Shown: positions 41,644 through 51,172 of the stretch, one piece after another
Position numbering within the stretch: position 1 is the stretch's first letter
How the letters are laid out: each line of letters starts with the position of its first letter
Sequence record: KT454805
Strand: one strand, 5' to 3'
Length of the DNA: 64,000 bases
Source of the DNA: Escherichia phage phiSUSP1
Notes under the pieces: model-generated
What the model was told of the DNA's origin: nothing
The model's database searches: none
The model's input: the letters and a program-made list of their open reading frames with translations, nothing else
Program-made: the position numbers and the translations under genes

Positions 41644-42133
41644 AGGTTTTGGCAATTGCCCTGAATATGGACATTGGATTTCACTGTGCGGGGAGATTGA
41701 CCCCGCTAAGTATTTTGGTTTCGTTTACTTAGTGTACTGCAAAAAGACTGGACAGTATTACATCGGTAAGAAGCAGTTTAACAATGTCACCAAGAAGAAA
41801 GTAGCTGGAAAGACCAGACGTAAGATTGTGACAAAAGAGAGTGACTGGATGGTTTACCAGACCTCTTCTGAGTACATTAAGAAAGATATTGAAACTTTCG
41901 GTGAAAAAGAGTTTGACTTCTATATTGTGCAAACTTATTATACGCGAGGTGGGTTGGTCTACGGAGAAGCTAACCTTCAACATAAGTTTGACGTCATGAC
42001 AAAAAGGATTGACTCCAAGCTTCGACTCTTCTACAATGCAAACATTGCAGCAATCAAGTTTCTTACTAAAGAGACTTATGAAGATGCTGAGAAGAGAATC
42101 CATAAAATCATGAAACTTAATGAGAGAGAATAA
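41633..42133 (+). CDS. GIY-YIG nuclease domain protein
   Basis: GFVYLVYCKKTGQYYIGKK matches the GIY..YIG signature; 166 aa. Confidence 0.45.
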   Translation: MKIKGFGNCPEYGHWISLCGEIDPAKYFGFVYLVYCKKTGQYYIGKKQFNNVTKKKVAGKTRRKIVTKESDWMVYQTSSEYIKKDIETFGEKEFDFYIVQTYYTRGGLVYGEANLQHKFDVMTKRIDSKLRLFYNANIAAIKFLTKETYEDAEKRIHKIMKLNERE

Positions 42134-42347
42134 GATTATGTTTAACAAACTGAAGAATGACCACGTAGCTAAAATTGACAGCCACATTGCAGCACTGAAA
42201 GATGCAATCATCAAAGCTAAAGAAGCTACGGAGTCCGAAATGGAGGCTCTTGAGTCCCAGATTCAGCACCTGATTAACAAGCGTGTTGAACTGAAAGGCC
42301 GACTGGATTATATTGAGTCTCAGCAGAAACTGTTTCAGGAGGTTTAA
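42120..42347 (+). CDS. small coiled-coil protein (75 aa)
   Basis: ORF track; heptad-like helical sequence. Confidence 0.35.
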   Translation: MRENKIMFNKLKNDHVAKIDSHIAALKDAIIKAKEATESEMEALESQIQHLINKRVELKGRLDYIESQQKLFQEV

Positions 42348-43102
42348 TGTTTAATTCCAGAGAATCCGTTTTAACTTGGAACCAGCGTTGTGGTAAAACC
42401 CCGTTGACTCCGTATACACCTGAGTACTGGTCTTCGATGCGTAGTCAAGCACTTTGCATGTTAGAAGAAGCCAAAGAGCTTTTGAAAGCTGTTGATGAAA
42501 AAGACCCTATCGAGGCTCTTGATGCTCAGGCAGACTTACAGTATGTTCTTGATGGACTGATTTACCTTTCACAGCATGACCATGACGGAGCTATGAAAGC
42601 AGTCTGTGAGAATAACAACCTGAAGTATACCGATAACTACGAAGAAGCTTTGAAGCGTCTTGCAGATATCGAGAAACGTACTGGTGATGAATGTCGTGTA
42701 CGTGCTTCAATGATTGACGGCAAAGAGTGGTACGCCATTATCCGTGAGTCTGATAAGAAGGTTATGAAGCAATCTAATCTTCCTAAAGTACAGCTTGCAG
42801 AGTTCATCGCGGAACTTGAAAGCAGAGAATTGTTCGTGGTAACATCTGACACATGCGTTATCTGTAAAGGTCTTGTAGGAAGTTTGAAAGACCTTGGATT
42901 GAGTGACTTCACAGAAGTTCGACCAATCAGTTCGAAAGCAGACAAAGACTTCTGCCGAGAAAACGGATTATGGCTTGCAGATATTGTTTACTATGACGGT
43001 GAGAAGTTCCATGTGACCTCATACCCGAAACTGAACTATGATGCAAATAACCTTAAGAATTGGTTAAAAGGGGTTGGTTATAATGGATTCACAGAACATT
43101 AA
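42347..43102 (+). CDS. MazG-like NTP pyrophosphohydrolase domain protein with C-terminal CxxC region
   Basis: N-terminal EExxEL-type helical region (LEEAKELLKAV, EALDAQADLQYVLDGL); C-terminal CVIC motif. Confidence 0.4.
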   Translation: MFNSRESVLTWNQRCGKTPLTPYTPEYWSSMRSQALCMLEEAKELLKAVDEKDPIEALDAQADLQYVLDGLIYLSQHDHDGAMKAVCENNNLKYTDNYEEALKRLADIEKRTGDECRVRASMIDGKEWYAIIRESDKKVMKQSNLPKVQLAEFIAELESRELFVVTSDTCVICKGLVGSLKDLGLSDFTEVRPISSKADKDFCRENGLWLADIVYYDGEKFHVTSYPKLNYDANNLKNWLKGVGYNGFTEH

Positions 43103-43406
43103 TACTGAAGAGGTGGCTCCAAAGAGCCATTTCTCAAACTATAATCTCTCTATGACAGTGTTTATGAATGATTCACTGTTAGTAAAATACGGAGAGACAC
43201 CAGAAACTTTACTGGATAATGAACAGGTCTTGAAAGCAGTGCTTTTCAAATATGGCCTGAACATTGAGAAAACGTATTCTTATGAGATTTGTCAACATCG
43301 CAATACGTTTGGAAAGGTTGTAACGGCTCCACTATTCATGGGTGTTGAACGCACTGATGATGGGTGGCTTTACCTAAAACGAAACTTGGATAAATATCAT
43401 GTCTAA
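43074..43406 (+). CDS. hypothetical protein (110 aa)
   Basis: ORF track. Confidence 0.35.
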   Translation: MVIMDSQNINTEEVAPKSHFSNYNLSMTVFMNDSLLVKYGETPETLLDNEQVLKAVLFKYGLNIEKTYSYEICQHRNTFGKVVTAPLFMGVERTDDGWLYLKRNLDKYHV

Positions 43407-43734
43407 AGCAAACAAGCTTACAATTGAAGATGTAAAAGCTGGCGTTGAACTTGGAGTAGATAAGTTTGACAACCCTTTACGATTCGGTGACATAGTGATG
43501 TACACAGAAGATTGTAAAGGGCGAAGTGATATCAAGTTTGGTCGTGTTTCTGGTAAGCATCGTGGTAATTTTGTTATATCACGCATGGAAGATGACCCTT
43601 ACGAAAACCTTGCAAAACTTTTTGATGAGACTAAGAGTTATTGGTATCACAACGCAATGTCAAAAGGTTCACTGACCAAGGTTTCTCACAAGTTTTATGA
43701 ACTTTGGCAAAATAAACAAATCTTTAGCATTTAA
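43399..43734 (+). CDS. hypothetical protein (111 aa)
   Basis: ORF track. Confidence 0.35.
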   Translation: MSKANKLTIEDVKAGVELGVDKFDNPLRFGDIVMYTEDCKGRSDIKFGRVSGKHRGNFVISRMEDDPYENLAKLFDETKSYWYHNAMSKGSLTKVSHKFYELWQNKQIFSI

Positions 43735-43740
43735 TCTCTA

Positions 43741-43766
43741 AGGGGTCTCTTCGGAGACCCTTTTTC
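43741..43766 (+). terminator. intrinsic terminator (UUCG tetraloop)
   Basis: GGGGTCTC-ttcg-GAGACCC followed by TTTTT. Confidence 0.75.
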
Positions 43767-43786
43767 ACCTGTAGGACTCTAAAATA

Positions 43787-46021
43787 ATGATTAAGACCAT
43801 TCGCAAATCTGACGGTACAATCGTACCATTCGAACCAGAACGTTTAAACAAATGGGCTTCATGGGCTGACAAACGAGGAATCATTTGGTCAGAGGTAACT
43901 ATGGAAGCTATGAAGCGTGTCTATGAAGGTTGCTCTACCAAAGAGATGCACCAAGCTATGATTGACGTTTGTATTGATAAGCAGACTCAAGAATACTCTG
44001 ATATGGCTGGTCGATTACTTCTTGGTATCATCTACAAAGAAGCCTTTGGTGGTTTCACAAAAGTTCCTCAACTGTTTAACTTCGTTATGAAGATGGAGCA
44101 AATGGGATTGTGGGAACACATGGATTACACTGAACAAGAGATTGACTATTTACAAGGTCACATTGTTCACTCAAAAGATATCTCTTACGGCTATGCAGTA
44201 CTGAAACAGTTCCGTGACAAATACGGTATCCGAGATATCAAGTCAGGTCGTCTGTTTGAGTCTCCACAGTTTATGTTTATGGGTATGGCTATGAAAGCCT
44301 TTGAGAGACAACCTAAGCACCGTAGACTGGAAGATGTTATCAAGCTGTACACTTACCTGTCTGACCTGAAGATTAACGCCCCTACGCCTTATCTGAATGG
44401 TTTACGTGCTACTAAGTCAGGTTATGCGTCATGCTGCTTAATCAAGGCTAATGACACTGCTGAGTCTCTTGGCATTGCTACTAAGGTAGCTTATGATATG
44501 ACCACGAAGCAAGCTGGTATTGGTATGCTGATGGAGACCCGTACAATTGGTGACGGTATCCGACAAAACACTATTGAGCATATGGGAAAACTCCCTTATT
44601 ACAAGCTTGTACGTGCTGCTGTAGAAGCTAATAAGCAGAAGAGTCGTGGTGGTTCAGCTAACAACTTCTTTACTGCATTAGACCCACAGATAGAAGATTT
44701 GCTACGCTTAAAGCACCCTACAACGGTTCCTGCAAAGCGTATTAATGAGATGGACTACTCATTTGGTGCAAACGACTATTTCTGGCAGTGTGTACAGTAC
44801 GATACAGATTGGTTATTGTTCTCTTACAAGGACGCACCAAGGTTGTATGATATGTTCTACACGGCTAGTGCTGATGAGTTTGCTATGGCAGTCGGTCACG
44901 CAGTACATACAGGTGTTAAACATAAACGTGTAAAAGCTCGTGAAGTCGCTAAACTGTTTATCCAGCAACGTTATGCTACAGGACGTGTTTACCCGTTCTT
45001 TACTAACAATGCAAACTACCATACACCTTTCAAAGAGCCTTTGAAAATGTCTAACCTGTGTATGGAAATTGTATTGCCAGTACATGGTTTTGAAGATGAA
45101 CGAGACCTATACAGCTACACAGCCAAGAAAGAAGATGGTGAAGTTGCTCTTTGCTTCCTAGCTAGTTTGGTTGCAGGGAGAATCTCAGAAGATGAATACG
45201 CTGACGTTGCTTATTATGCTCTGGCAATGGTTGACTCCGTTATTGACCTTATGGATTATCCGTATCCGTCGATGCGTAACCATGTTCAGAAGCGTCGTTC
45301 TGTTGGTATTGGCCTTACTAATGTGGCTCATTACCTTGCGAAGAACTATGTGAACTATTCTTCAAGAGCAGGTAAAACTAAGCTTCATGAGTTGGCTGAG
45401 ATGCACTCTTACTTCTTGCATGAGGCATCTTTAAGACTTGCAAAAGAACGTGGTGTACCAGAGTACATGCAGTTTACCAAGTACCCTGATGGTTGGGTTC
45501 CACCTAAGACTGCTAACAAGAAGATTGATGAGAAACACGATGCAAAACTTCGTTATGATTGGGATGACCTGTCACATCGAATTAAAGAAAATGGCGGTAT
45601 CCGTAACTCTGTGTTAGAGGCTTACATGCCTAATGAGAGTTCTTCTCTGGCAACTAACACGACAAACGGTTTATACCCTATTCGTGACTTTATCTTAACC
45701 AAGAAGTCTGCAACTGGTAACGTGCTGTTTATTGTACCTGACTATGAAGAATTGAAGTACGTCTATGAAATTGCTTGGGATATTGACACTTTTGATATGA
45801 TTGATTGTTATGCAATTGTTCAAAAATTCACTGGTCAAGCTATCTCTTCAGATTTCTATGTTGACTACTCAAAGTCTAAGAAGGTATCATTAGAACTAGC
45901 TTTGAAATACATGATTTATGCAAACCTTGTTGGTTTGAAAACTATGTACTACCTGAACAGTCGTATTGGTGTTGGTAAATCAGCACTGCAAGATGCCTAC
46001 TGTGAGGGTTGTGGTGTTTAG
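43787..46021 (+). CDS. nrdA: ribonucleotide reductase class Ia large subunit
   Basis: 744 aa; N-terminal ATP-cone-like start MIKTIRKSDGTIVPFEPERL; C-terminal Cys pair CEGCGV. Confidence 0.85.
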   Translation: MIKTIRKSDGTIVPFEPERLNKWASWADKRGIIWSEVTMEAMKRVYEGCSTKEMHQAMIDVCIDKQTQEYSDMAGRLLLGIIYKEAFGGFTKVPQLFNFVMKMEQMGLWEHMDYTEQEIDYLQGHIVHSKDISYGYAVLKQFRDKYGIRDIKSGRLFESPQFMFMGMAMKAFERQPKHRRLEDVIKLYTYLSDLKINAPTPYLNGLRATKSGYASCCLIKANDTAESLGIATKVAYDMTTKQAGIGMLMETRTIGDGIRQNTIEHMGKLPYYKLVRAAVEANKQKSRGGSANNFFTALDPQIEDLLRLKHPTTVPAKRINEMDYSFGANDYFWQCVQYDTDWLLFSYKDAPRLYDMFYTASADEFAMAVGHAVHTGVKHKRVKAREVAKLFIQQRYATGRVYPFFTNNANYHTPFKEPLKMSNLCMEIVLPVHGFEDERDLYSYTAKKEDGEVALCFLASLVAGRISEDEYADVAYYALAMVDSVIDLMDYPYPSMRNHVQKRRSVGIGLTNVAHYLAKNYVNYSSRAGKTKLHELAEMHSYFLHEASLRLAKERGVPEYMQFTKYPDGWVPPKTANKKIDEKHDAKLRYDWDDLSHRIKENGGIRNSVLEAYMPNESSSLATNTTNGLYPIRDFILTKKSATGNVLFIVPDYEELKYVYEIAWDIDTFDMIDCYAIVQKFTGQAISSDFYVDYSKSKKVSLELALKYMIYANLVGLKTMYYLNSRIGVGKSALQDAYCEGCGV

Positions 46022-46076
46022 TTTTAATAACTATGAGGGTCGTAAAAGACCCTCTAAAATTAACTTGGAGAAAGAT

Positions 46077-46352
46077 ATGCTAGATTTAATTCGTAATGCA
46101 AGAGTACGTAGCAAAGATAGCTCACTATACTTATTCTATATCCCAAGACGGTCTTTGTATTATATTGCAGATTTGGACTTAAAAGTTAAGATGCCAGATG
46201 ATTCTTGGAAAGAGCATATACGTTATGTGGATTGCTTTAATCCAAAGCAAACATATGCAAGGCCACTAGATATGTTCAATAAGAACAATTGGGTTGTTTT
46301 GACGACAACCGAAGCCAGAAACTTTTTAGATACAGGAATCTTACCGGAATGA
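46077..46352 (+). CDS. small hypothetical protein between nrdA and nrdB (91 aa)
   Basis: in-frame ATG at 46077 with GGAG RBS; ATGA overlap with nrdB start. Confidence 0.3.
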   Translation: MLDLIRNARVRSKDSSLYLFYIPRRSLYYIADLDLKVKMPDDSWKEHIRYVDCFNPKQTYARPLDMFNKNNWVVLTTTEARNFLDTGILPE

Positions 46353-47422
46353 TTAATCCACATCCAATTTTCTTAGGTGGTGAACGAAAGACTTTCGATT
46401 CACTAAATAAACACTATCCAAAAATCTTTGAACTGTATAAGCAGCAGAAAGCACAAGACTGGTCTGAAGATGAGTTCCCGTTTGAACAGTCACGACTAGA
46501 TTTTGAAAGCGTTCCACAGTCAATGTCTGGTGTAATGCTTGAAATTCTTAAGTGGCAATGGGAAGCAGATACACAGGTTGCTAAAAGTTTAGCTTTTGCA
46601 TTTGCACCATTCATCTCTGATGATATCTATGCAACTGCTATTATGAAGCAATCAGAAATTGAGAACCTTCATGCACTAACTTATTCAGAGATTGTACGTC
46701 AGTGTATTAAGAACCCTGAAACAATCCTTGATGAAATTAACCAGAACGCTGCTGTTCAGGACAGACTGAAAACTGTTAACAGAGCATTGGCAGAACTGCT
46801 TGACGAAGGTATTAACTATCGTCTAAACTACGTTCGACAAGAATTGATTGAGAAAGACCCTTTACATTTCCATAAGGTAATTTTGAAAGGTCTTTTCGCA
46901 GTGACAGCACTTGAAGGAATTTCTTTCATGGCATCCTTTGCATGTACCTTTGCACTTGATGCTCAAGATAAATTCCAAGGTATTGCTCAAGCAGTACAGA
47001 AAATTATGCTTGATGAAATCATTCACACAAAGATTGATATCGAAGCATTAAAAGAAACTTTGAAAGACGAAGAGTGGCAAGAAGCGTTCCGTCAAGTACT
47101 CCCAGAAATTAAAGTAATTCTGGATGAAGTAGTTGAAAGTGAAGAGAAATGGTCTTATTATATTTTCTCTGAAGGACGCGCTGTTGTAGGGTTAAATACA
47201 AAACTTCTTCACGAATGGGTTTACTACAACGCTGCTCCATTGTATGATATGTTTGGTATTCCAAGAGACTTTGTAGCTCCTAAAGAACCACCTTTGAAAT
47301 ATATGATTAAGAAGATGGAAATTGATAAAGAGCAAAACGCTAACCAAGAACAACAAAATGGTGCGTATCTTTTGAATACTGTTGTTGATGATTTAAATTC
47401 AGGATTTTTAGAGGTTCCTTAA
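46349..47422 (+). CDS. nrdB: ribonucleotide reductase class Ia small subunit
   Basis: about 357 aa directly after nrdA; glutaredoxin-like gene follows. Confidence 0.8.
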   Translation: MINPHPIFLGGERKTFDSLNKHYPKIFELYKQQKAQDWSEDEFPFEQSRLDFESVPQSMSGVMLEILKWQWEADTQVAKSLAFAFAPFISDDIYATAIMKQSEIENLHALTYSEIVRQCIKNPETILDEINQNAAVQDRLKTVNRALAELLDEGINYRLNYVRQELIEKDPLHFHKVILKGLFAVTALEGISFMASFACTFALDAQDKFQGIAQAVQKIMLDEIIHTKIDIEALKETLKDEEWQEAFRQVLPEIKVILDEVVESEEKWSYYIFSEGRAVVGLNTKLLHEWVYYNAAPLYDMFGIPRDFVAPKEPPLKYMIKKMEIDKEQNANQEQQNGAYLLNTVVDDLNSGFLEVP

Positions 47423-47664
47423 TGACTTATGTAATTTACTCAAAAGATGGATGCCCACAATGTGTGACTGCTAAAAACTTTGCTCAGGCTCGTGGCCTAG
47501 ACCACGTTGTAAGAATGCTTGGCAAAGATTATGAGCTAAGTGACCTTATGGATATTTCAAAAGTTCCTGTTCGTCAGATGCCTTTCATTATGAAGGTTGA
47601 AGATAATGAAATGAAACCAGTTGGAACACTACAAAACTTTATGGCAGAGGTGAATAATGCTTAA
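47422..47664 (+). CDS. glutaredoxin/NrdH-like redoxin
   Basis: 80 aa with CPQC active-site motif near N-terminus; adjacent to nrdB. Confidence 0.7.
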   Translation: MTYVIYSKDGCPQCVTAKNFAQARGLDHVVRMLGKDYELSDLMDISKVPVRQMPFIMKVEDNEMKPVGTLQNFMAEVNNA

Positions 47665-47857
47665 ACGTTTATGGGATGGTTTTGTTGAAGATGCACCGAT
47701 GATTGCTCTTGCATTCATGGTTATCAGTATGTTTACTGATTTAAAACAAGGTGTCCTCTTCGGAGCTATGCTAGTATGGGTTATCTTTGAGATACTGGAT
47801 ATTCAGCATGACTTAAGCGGAAAACTTAAAAAGCTTATTGAAAAGTTTTCTAAGTAG
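47657..47857 (+). CDS. small membrane protein (66 aa)
   Basis: two hydrophobic segments (MIALAFMVISMF, FGAMLVWVIFEIL). Confidence 0.3.
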   Translation: MLKRLWDGFVEDAPMIALAFMVISMFTDLKQGVLFGAMLVWVIFEILDIQHDLSGKLKKLIEKFSK

Positions 47858-47866
47858 ATTTAATAT

Positions 47867-47892
47867 AAGGGTCTCTTCGGAGACCTTTTTTG
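47867..47892 (+). terminator. intrinsic terminator (UUCG tetraloop)
   Basis: AAGGGTCTC-ttcg-GAGACCTT followed by TTTTTT. Confidence 0.75.
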
Positions 47893-47906
47893 CATTAGGA
47901 GTTAGA

Positions 47907-50048
47907 ATGGTTAAAGTACAAGTTATTAAGAAAGATGGTTCACTAGAAAAACCAAATGTAAATAAAATCGTTGAAGCAGTCACCAAGTCAGCTAATAGAG
48001 TTGGGTACAAAGAACTACCAATAGAAGTTATCCATGCTCTTGAGTCAGCTTTTAACAGACTGCTTGCCAGAGCAACTAATCAGAATGCAATGCTAATCTC
48101 TGTAGATGACATTCATAGCATCGTTGAAGGGACTCTGGCAGAGGTGAACCATGAAATCTATGAGTCATATTCAACATACAGAAACTACCGTAAAGAGGTG
48201 GCTCAGAATTGGGATGAACTATATCAGAAGACTAAAGACACACTCTTCTTAGGTGACCGTGAGAATGCTAACTTTGACAGTAGCTTAATCTCCACAAAAG
48301 GCTCAATCATCCGTGGTTACCTGACAAAAGAAATCTTTAAGCAGTACCACTTAACACCAGAAGAAACAAGTGCTATTGAAGATGGATTCATTTATATCCA
48401 TGACTTAAGAGATTTAATCTTCGGTGGTATTAACTGCTGCTTGTTTGACATTGGAAGTGTCCTGAAAGGTGGCTTTGAAATGTCCGGCATCGAATACTGT
48501 GAACCTAAGTCTGTGCTATCAGCTTTACAGGTTATCGGTGATGTTGTACTCTCAGCAACTGCACAGCAGTTTGGAGGGTTCACTATTCCAGAGATTGATA
48601 AGGTTCTTGTGCCATATGCTAAGAAGTCTTTTGAGTATCATCTGGAAAAAGCAAAGCAATATAATATCCCAGGCAAGGGAGCATACTACTACGCTAAAGA
48701 GCAACTCCAGATTGAACTAACTCAGGGATTCCAATCACTGGAAATGAAGCTGAACACTGTTCCTTGTAGCCGTGGGGACTTTGCATTCACAACATTAACA
48801 TTTGGTTTACTTGAACCAGATATGGCTAGTGAAGATAACCGTTTGCAATTTATGATTGCTAAGACTATCCTAGATGTTAGGATGAATGGTCAAGGTAAAT
48901 CTAAGAAGCCTGTTGTGTTTCCTAAGCTGGTTTATATCTATGATGAAACAAGACATATACTAGACCCTTGGCAGGGGCAGCTTTATGATAAAGCTATTGA
49001 GTGTTGTTCTAAAGCTATGTATCCAGACTTCTTAAGCGTGTCTGGTAGTGGTTCTGTTGCAGAGGCTTTTGAACGTTCAGGTGCAGTCATCTCTCCAATG
49101 GGTTGCAGGGCTTTCTTATCTCCTTATTACGATGATGAAGGTAAAGAGTTCTATACAGGTCGAGCAAACATTGGTGCAGTATCTCTTAATCTGCCGATGA
49201 TTTACAAGTATTCTGAAGAGAATGACTTAGACTTTTGGAAAGAACTTGACAAGTATCTTGAGATGATTAGAAGCTTCCACAAGAAGCGCTATGAGATGAT
49301 TGCTAATATGCCAGCAAGTTCTAACCCTCTTGCATTCACTCAAGGTGGATTGTATAAAGGTCATAAGAAGCCAACTGATAAGATTGGTTGGGATACTGTG
49401 AAATCTTTTACAGCATCTTTTGGTGTAACTGCATTAGATGAGTTAACAGTGCTTGCCCAAGGTAAAAGGTTGCATGAATCTGATGGTGATATTGCAAGTA
49501 AGGTTTTAAGCTACCTGAATAGCAAGCTGGAGCAGTTTAAGCAGGAAGATGGTTTCTTGTATGCCCTCTATGGTACACCTGCTGAGAGCCTTTGTGGTAC
49601 GCAATTGAAGCAGTTCAGAAATATGTTCGGAGTTGTTAAAGGTGTTTCTGATAAAGAATACTTTACAAATAGTTTTCACATGAATGTTGGTGCAGATATC
49701 ACACCGTTTGAAAAGCAAGACTTAGAAGAACCTTTCTTCCATTCTTGTAATGGAGGCCATATCCAGTATGTTCGTATCGCTAACCCAGAGAACCACAAAG
49801 CCATTAGAGCTTGTGTAACAAGGGGTATGGGTAAAGGTTTCTATCAAGGTGTTAACTTTGATTTAGCAATCTGTGAAAATTGTGGTCACCGTCCAAGTGC
49901 AGATGTTGAATTATGTCCTAAGTGCAACTCACACGATATCTCTGTGATTAATAGGGTGTGTGGTTATCTTTCGTTCACTAAGATTAAAGGACAGTCTCGA
50001 ATGAACGATGCAAAAATTGCCGAGATTAAGGATAGAAAGTCTATGTAA
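47907..50048 (+). CDS. nrdD: anaerobic ribonucleotide reductase (class III)
   Basis: C-terminal zinc ribbon CENCGH...CPKC and glycyl-radical motif RVCGYL; ORF track start 47838 overlaps the terminator, ATG at 47907 with AGGAG RBS more likely. Confidence 0.85.
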   Translation: MVKVQVIKKDGSLEKPNVNKIVEAVTKSANRVGYKELPIEVIHALESAFNRLLARATNQNAMLISVDDIHSIVEGTLAEVNHEIYESYSTYRNYRKEVAQNWDELYQKTKDTLFLGDRENANFDSSLISTKGSIIRGYLTKEIFKQYHLTPEETSAIEDGFIYIHDLRDLIFGGINCCLFDIGSVLKGGFEMSGIEYCEPKSVLSALQVIGDVVLSATAQQFGGFTIPEIDKVLVPYAKKSFEYHLEKAKQYNIPGKGAYYYAKEQLQIELTQGFQSLEMKLNTVPCSRGDFAFTTLTFGLLEPDMASEDNRLQFMIAKTILDVRMNGQGKSKKPVVFPKLVYIYDETRHILDPWQGQLYDKAIECCSKAMYPDFLSVSGSGSVAEAFERSGAVISPMGCRAFLSPYYDDEGKEFYTGRANIGAVSLNLPMIYKYSEENDLDFWKELDKYLEMIRSFHKKRYEMIANMPASSNPLAFTQGGLYKGHKKPTDKIGWDTVKSFTASFGVTALDELTVLAQGKRLHESDGDIASKVLSYLNSKLEQFKQEDGFLYALYGTPAESLCGTQLKQFRNMFGVVKGVSDKEYFTNSFHMNVGADITPFEKQDLEEPFFHSCNGGHIQYVRIANPENHKAIRACVTRGMGKGFYQGVNFDLAICENCGHRPSADVELCPKCNSHDISVINRVCGYLSFTKIKGQSRMNDAKIAEIKDRKSM

Positions 50049-50056
50049 GGTGGTGA

Positions 50057-50620
50057 ATGAACTATGAACTAATCTATGACAAGTTAATGAAGAAAGCACA
50101 CTCTGAGAGGGGTGTGCCTTTAACATTTTACAAATGCCAAGGCTTAGGTTATGAGAGACACCATATCAAACCACTGTGTCTCGGAGGGGATAGATTTGAC
50201 GGTAGCAATATAGCCTTATTAACACCAAGGGAACATTATATTGCACACAAGCTTTTGGTTAAGATGCATCCTGAAAAGTACAAACTCTGGATTGCTTGGC
50301 AAAGGCTGTCTACAGATGGACTAAATAGAAAGGTTTCATCAAGAGACCATGAACACGTCAAACGTTTAAACTCAAAAGCTATGTCTATAATCAATAAAGG
50401 TAGATTGTTTACAGATGAGCATAGGTTTAGATTGAGTCAATCCCAGATTGGTAATACCAAGCCCAAAGGGTGTAAGAGGTCTTTAGAAACAAGGCAACGA
50501 ATGTCAGAATCTGCAAAGAAACCACAGGCGAAAAAGACGTGCCCATACTGCGGCATGACAGGTGGTGCAAGCAACATGACACGTTACCATTTTGAGAATT
50601 GTAAAAGTAAATCTATGTAA
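50057..50620 (+). CDS. HNH homing endonuclease inserted between nrdD and nrdG
   Basis: HNH motif ERHHIKPLCLGGDRFDGSNIALLTPREHYIAH; C-terminal Cys cluster. Confidence 0.75.
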   Translation: MNYELIYDKLMKKAHSERGVPLTFYKCQGLGYERHHIKPLCLGGDRFDGSNIALLTPREHYIAHKLLVKMHPEKYKLWIAWQRLSTDGLNRKVSSRDHEHVKRLNSKAMSIINKGRLFTDEHRFRLSQSQIGNTKPKGCKRSLETRQRMSESAKKPQAKKTCPYCGMTGGASNMTRYHFENCKSKSM

Positions 50621-50629
50621 GTAGTTGAC

Positions 50630-50670
50630 AAGGTGGTGTAGGTCTTGATAGGCTTACATCACCTTTTTTT
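50630..50670 (+). terminator. intrinsic terminator with 13-bp stem (two G-U wobbles)
   Basis: AAGGTGGTGTAGG...CTTACATCACCTT followed by TTTTTTT; a TTGACA hexamer sits immediately 5' at 50625. Confidence 0.6.
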
Positions 50671-50685
50671 ATTAGGAATCACAAC

Positions 50686-50787
50686 ATGATTAAGACATTC
50701 TTGTTAGTCACCTTAGTAGGCTCTGTTTTACTAGGTTTCTTGTTAGGGCTTTTATACAACACATTGAAAGGAAAGAAAGATGACTAA
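50686..50787 (+). CDS. small single-pass membrane peptide (33 aa), not in ORF track
   Basis: ATG at 50686 with AGGAA RBS; translation MIKTFLLVTLVGSVLLGFLLGLLYNTLKGKKDD; overlaps next gene start by 8 nt. Confidence 0.25.
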   Translation: MIKTFLLVTLVGSVLLGFLLGLLYNTLKGKKDD

Positions 50788-51172
50788 GTTAAATAAAAAT
50801 CAAATAAATTGGCTTAAAGACTATGCTTTAGAGTGTGGCTCTTGTAAGAAAACTCACAGAAAATACTCAGAGTTTTACATCACTTGCACATTGATGATAG
50901 ATGAAGAGGTTATTGGTGAATCTGAGGAAGAAGGTATTAGTATCCCTCCATCACTATGTGGTAAAGTTTTGGTAGCAACTGGTACATGGTCAGACTCATA
51001 TGGCACAGAGATTGGTGACCTATCCTTCTACAGCATTGAACAAACGATGAATCCAAAATATGTTACTCTTATGACTCGTGCTCAGGAAGATGAACTCCTT
51101 CAGGAATTTATTAAAGAACACTGTGAAGAGTACGTCACAAAACATGTAAGGTTTGAAGTTGAGGTGATTTAA
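50780..51172 (+). CDS. hypothetical protein (130 aa)
   Basis: ORF track; CGSC motif near N-terminus. Confidence 0.4.
   Translation: MTKLNKNQINWLKDYALECGSCKKTHRKYSEFYITCTLMIDEEVIGESEEEGISIPPSLCGKVLVATGTWSDSYGTEIGDLSFYSIEQTMNPKYVTLMTRAQEDELLQEFIKEHCEEYVTKHVRFEVEVI

Noticed and set aside
47838-47906. N-terminal 23 codons of the ORF-track nrdD model (start 47838)
   Set aside because: This stretch overlaps the intrinsic terminator hairpin at 47867..47892; the in-frame ATG at 47907 has an AGGAG RBS and gives a typical NrdD N-terminus.
43787-50048. Group I intron or intein interrupting nrdA, nrdB or nrdD
   Set aside because: All three reading frames are continuous at full expected lengths (744, about 357, about 713 aa) with no internal stop-containing gap; the HNH genes are free-standing between genes, not inside them.
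50625-50653. TTGACA at 50625 as a functional promoter
   Set aside because: The spacer and putative -10 (ATAGGC) fall inside the stem of the strong terminator hairpin, and the -10 is poor; more likely a fortuitous hexamer, although a terminator-overlapping promoter cannot be excluded.
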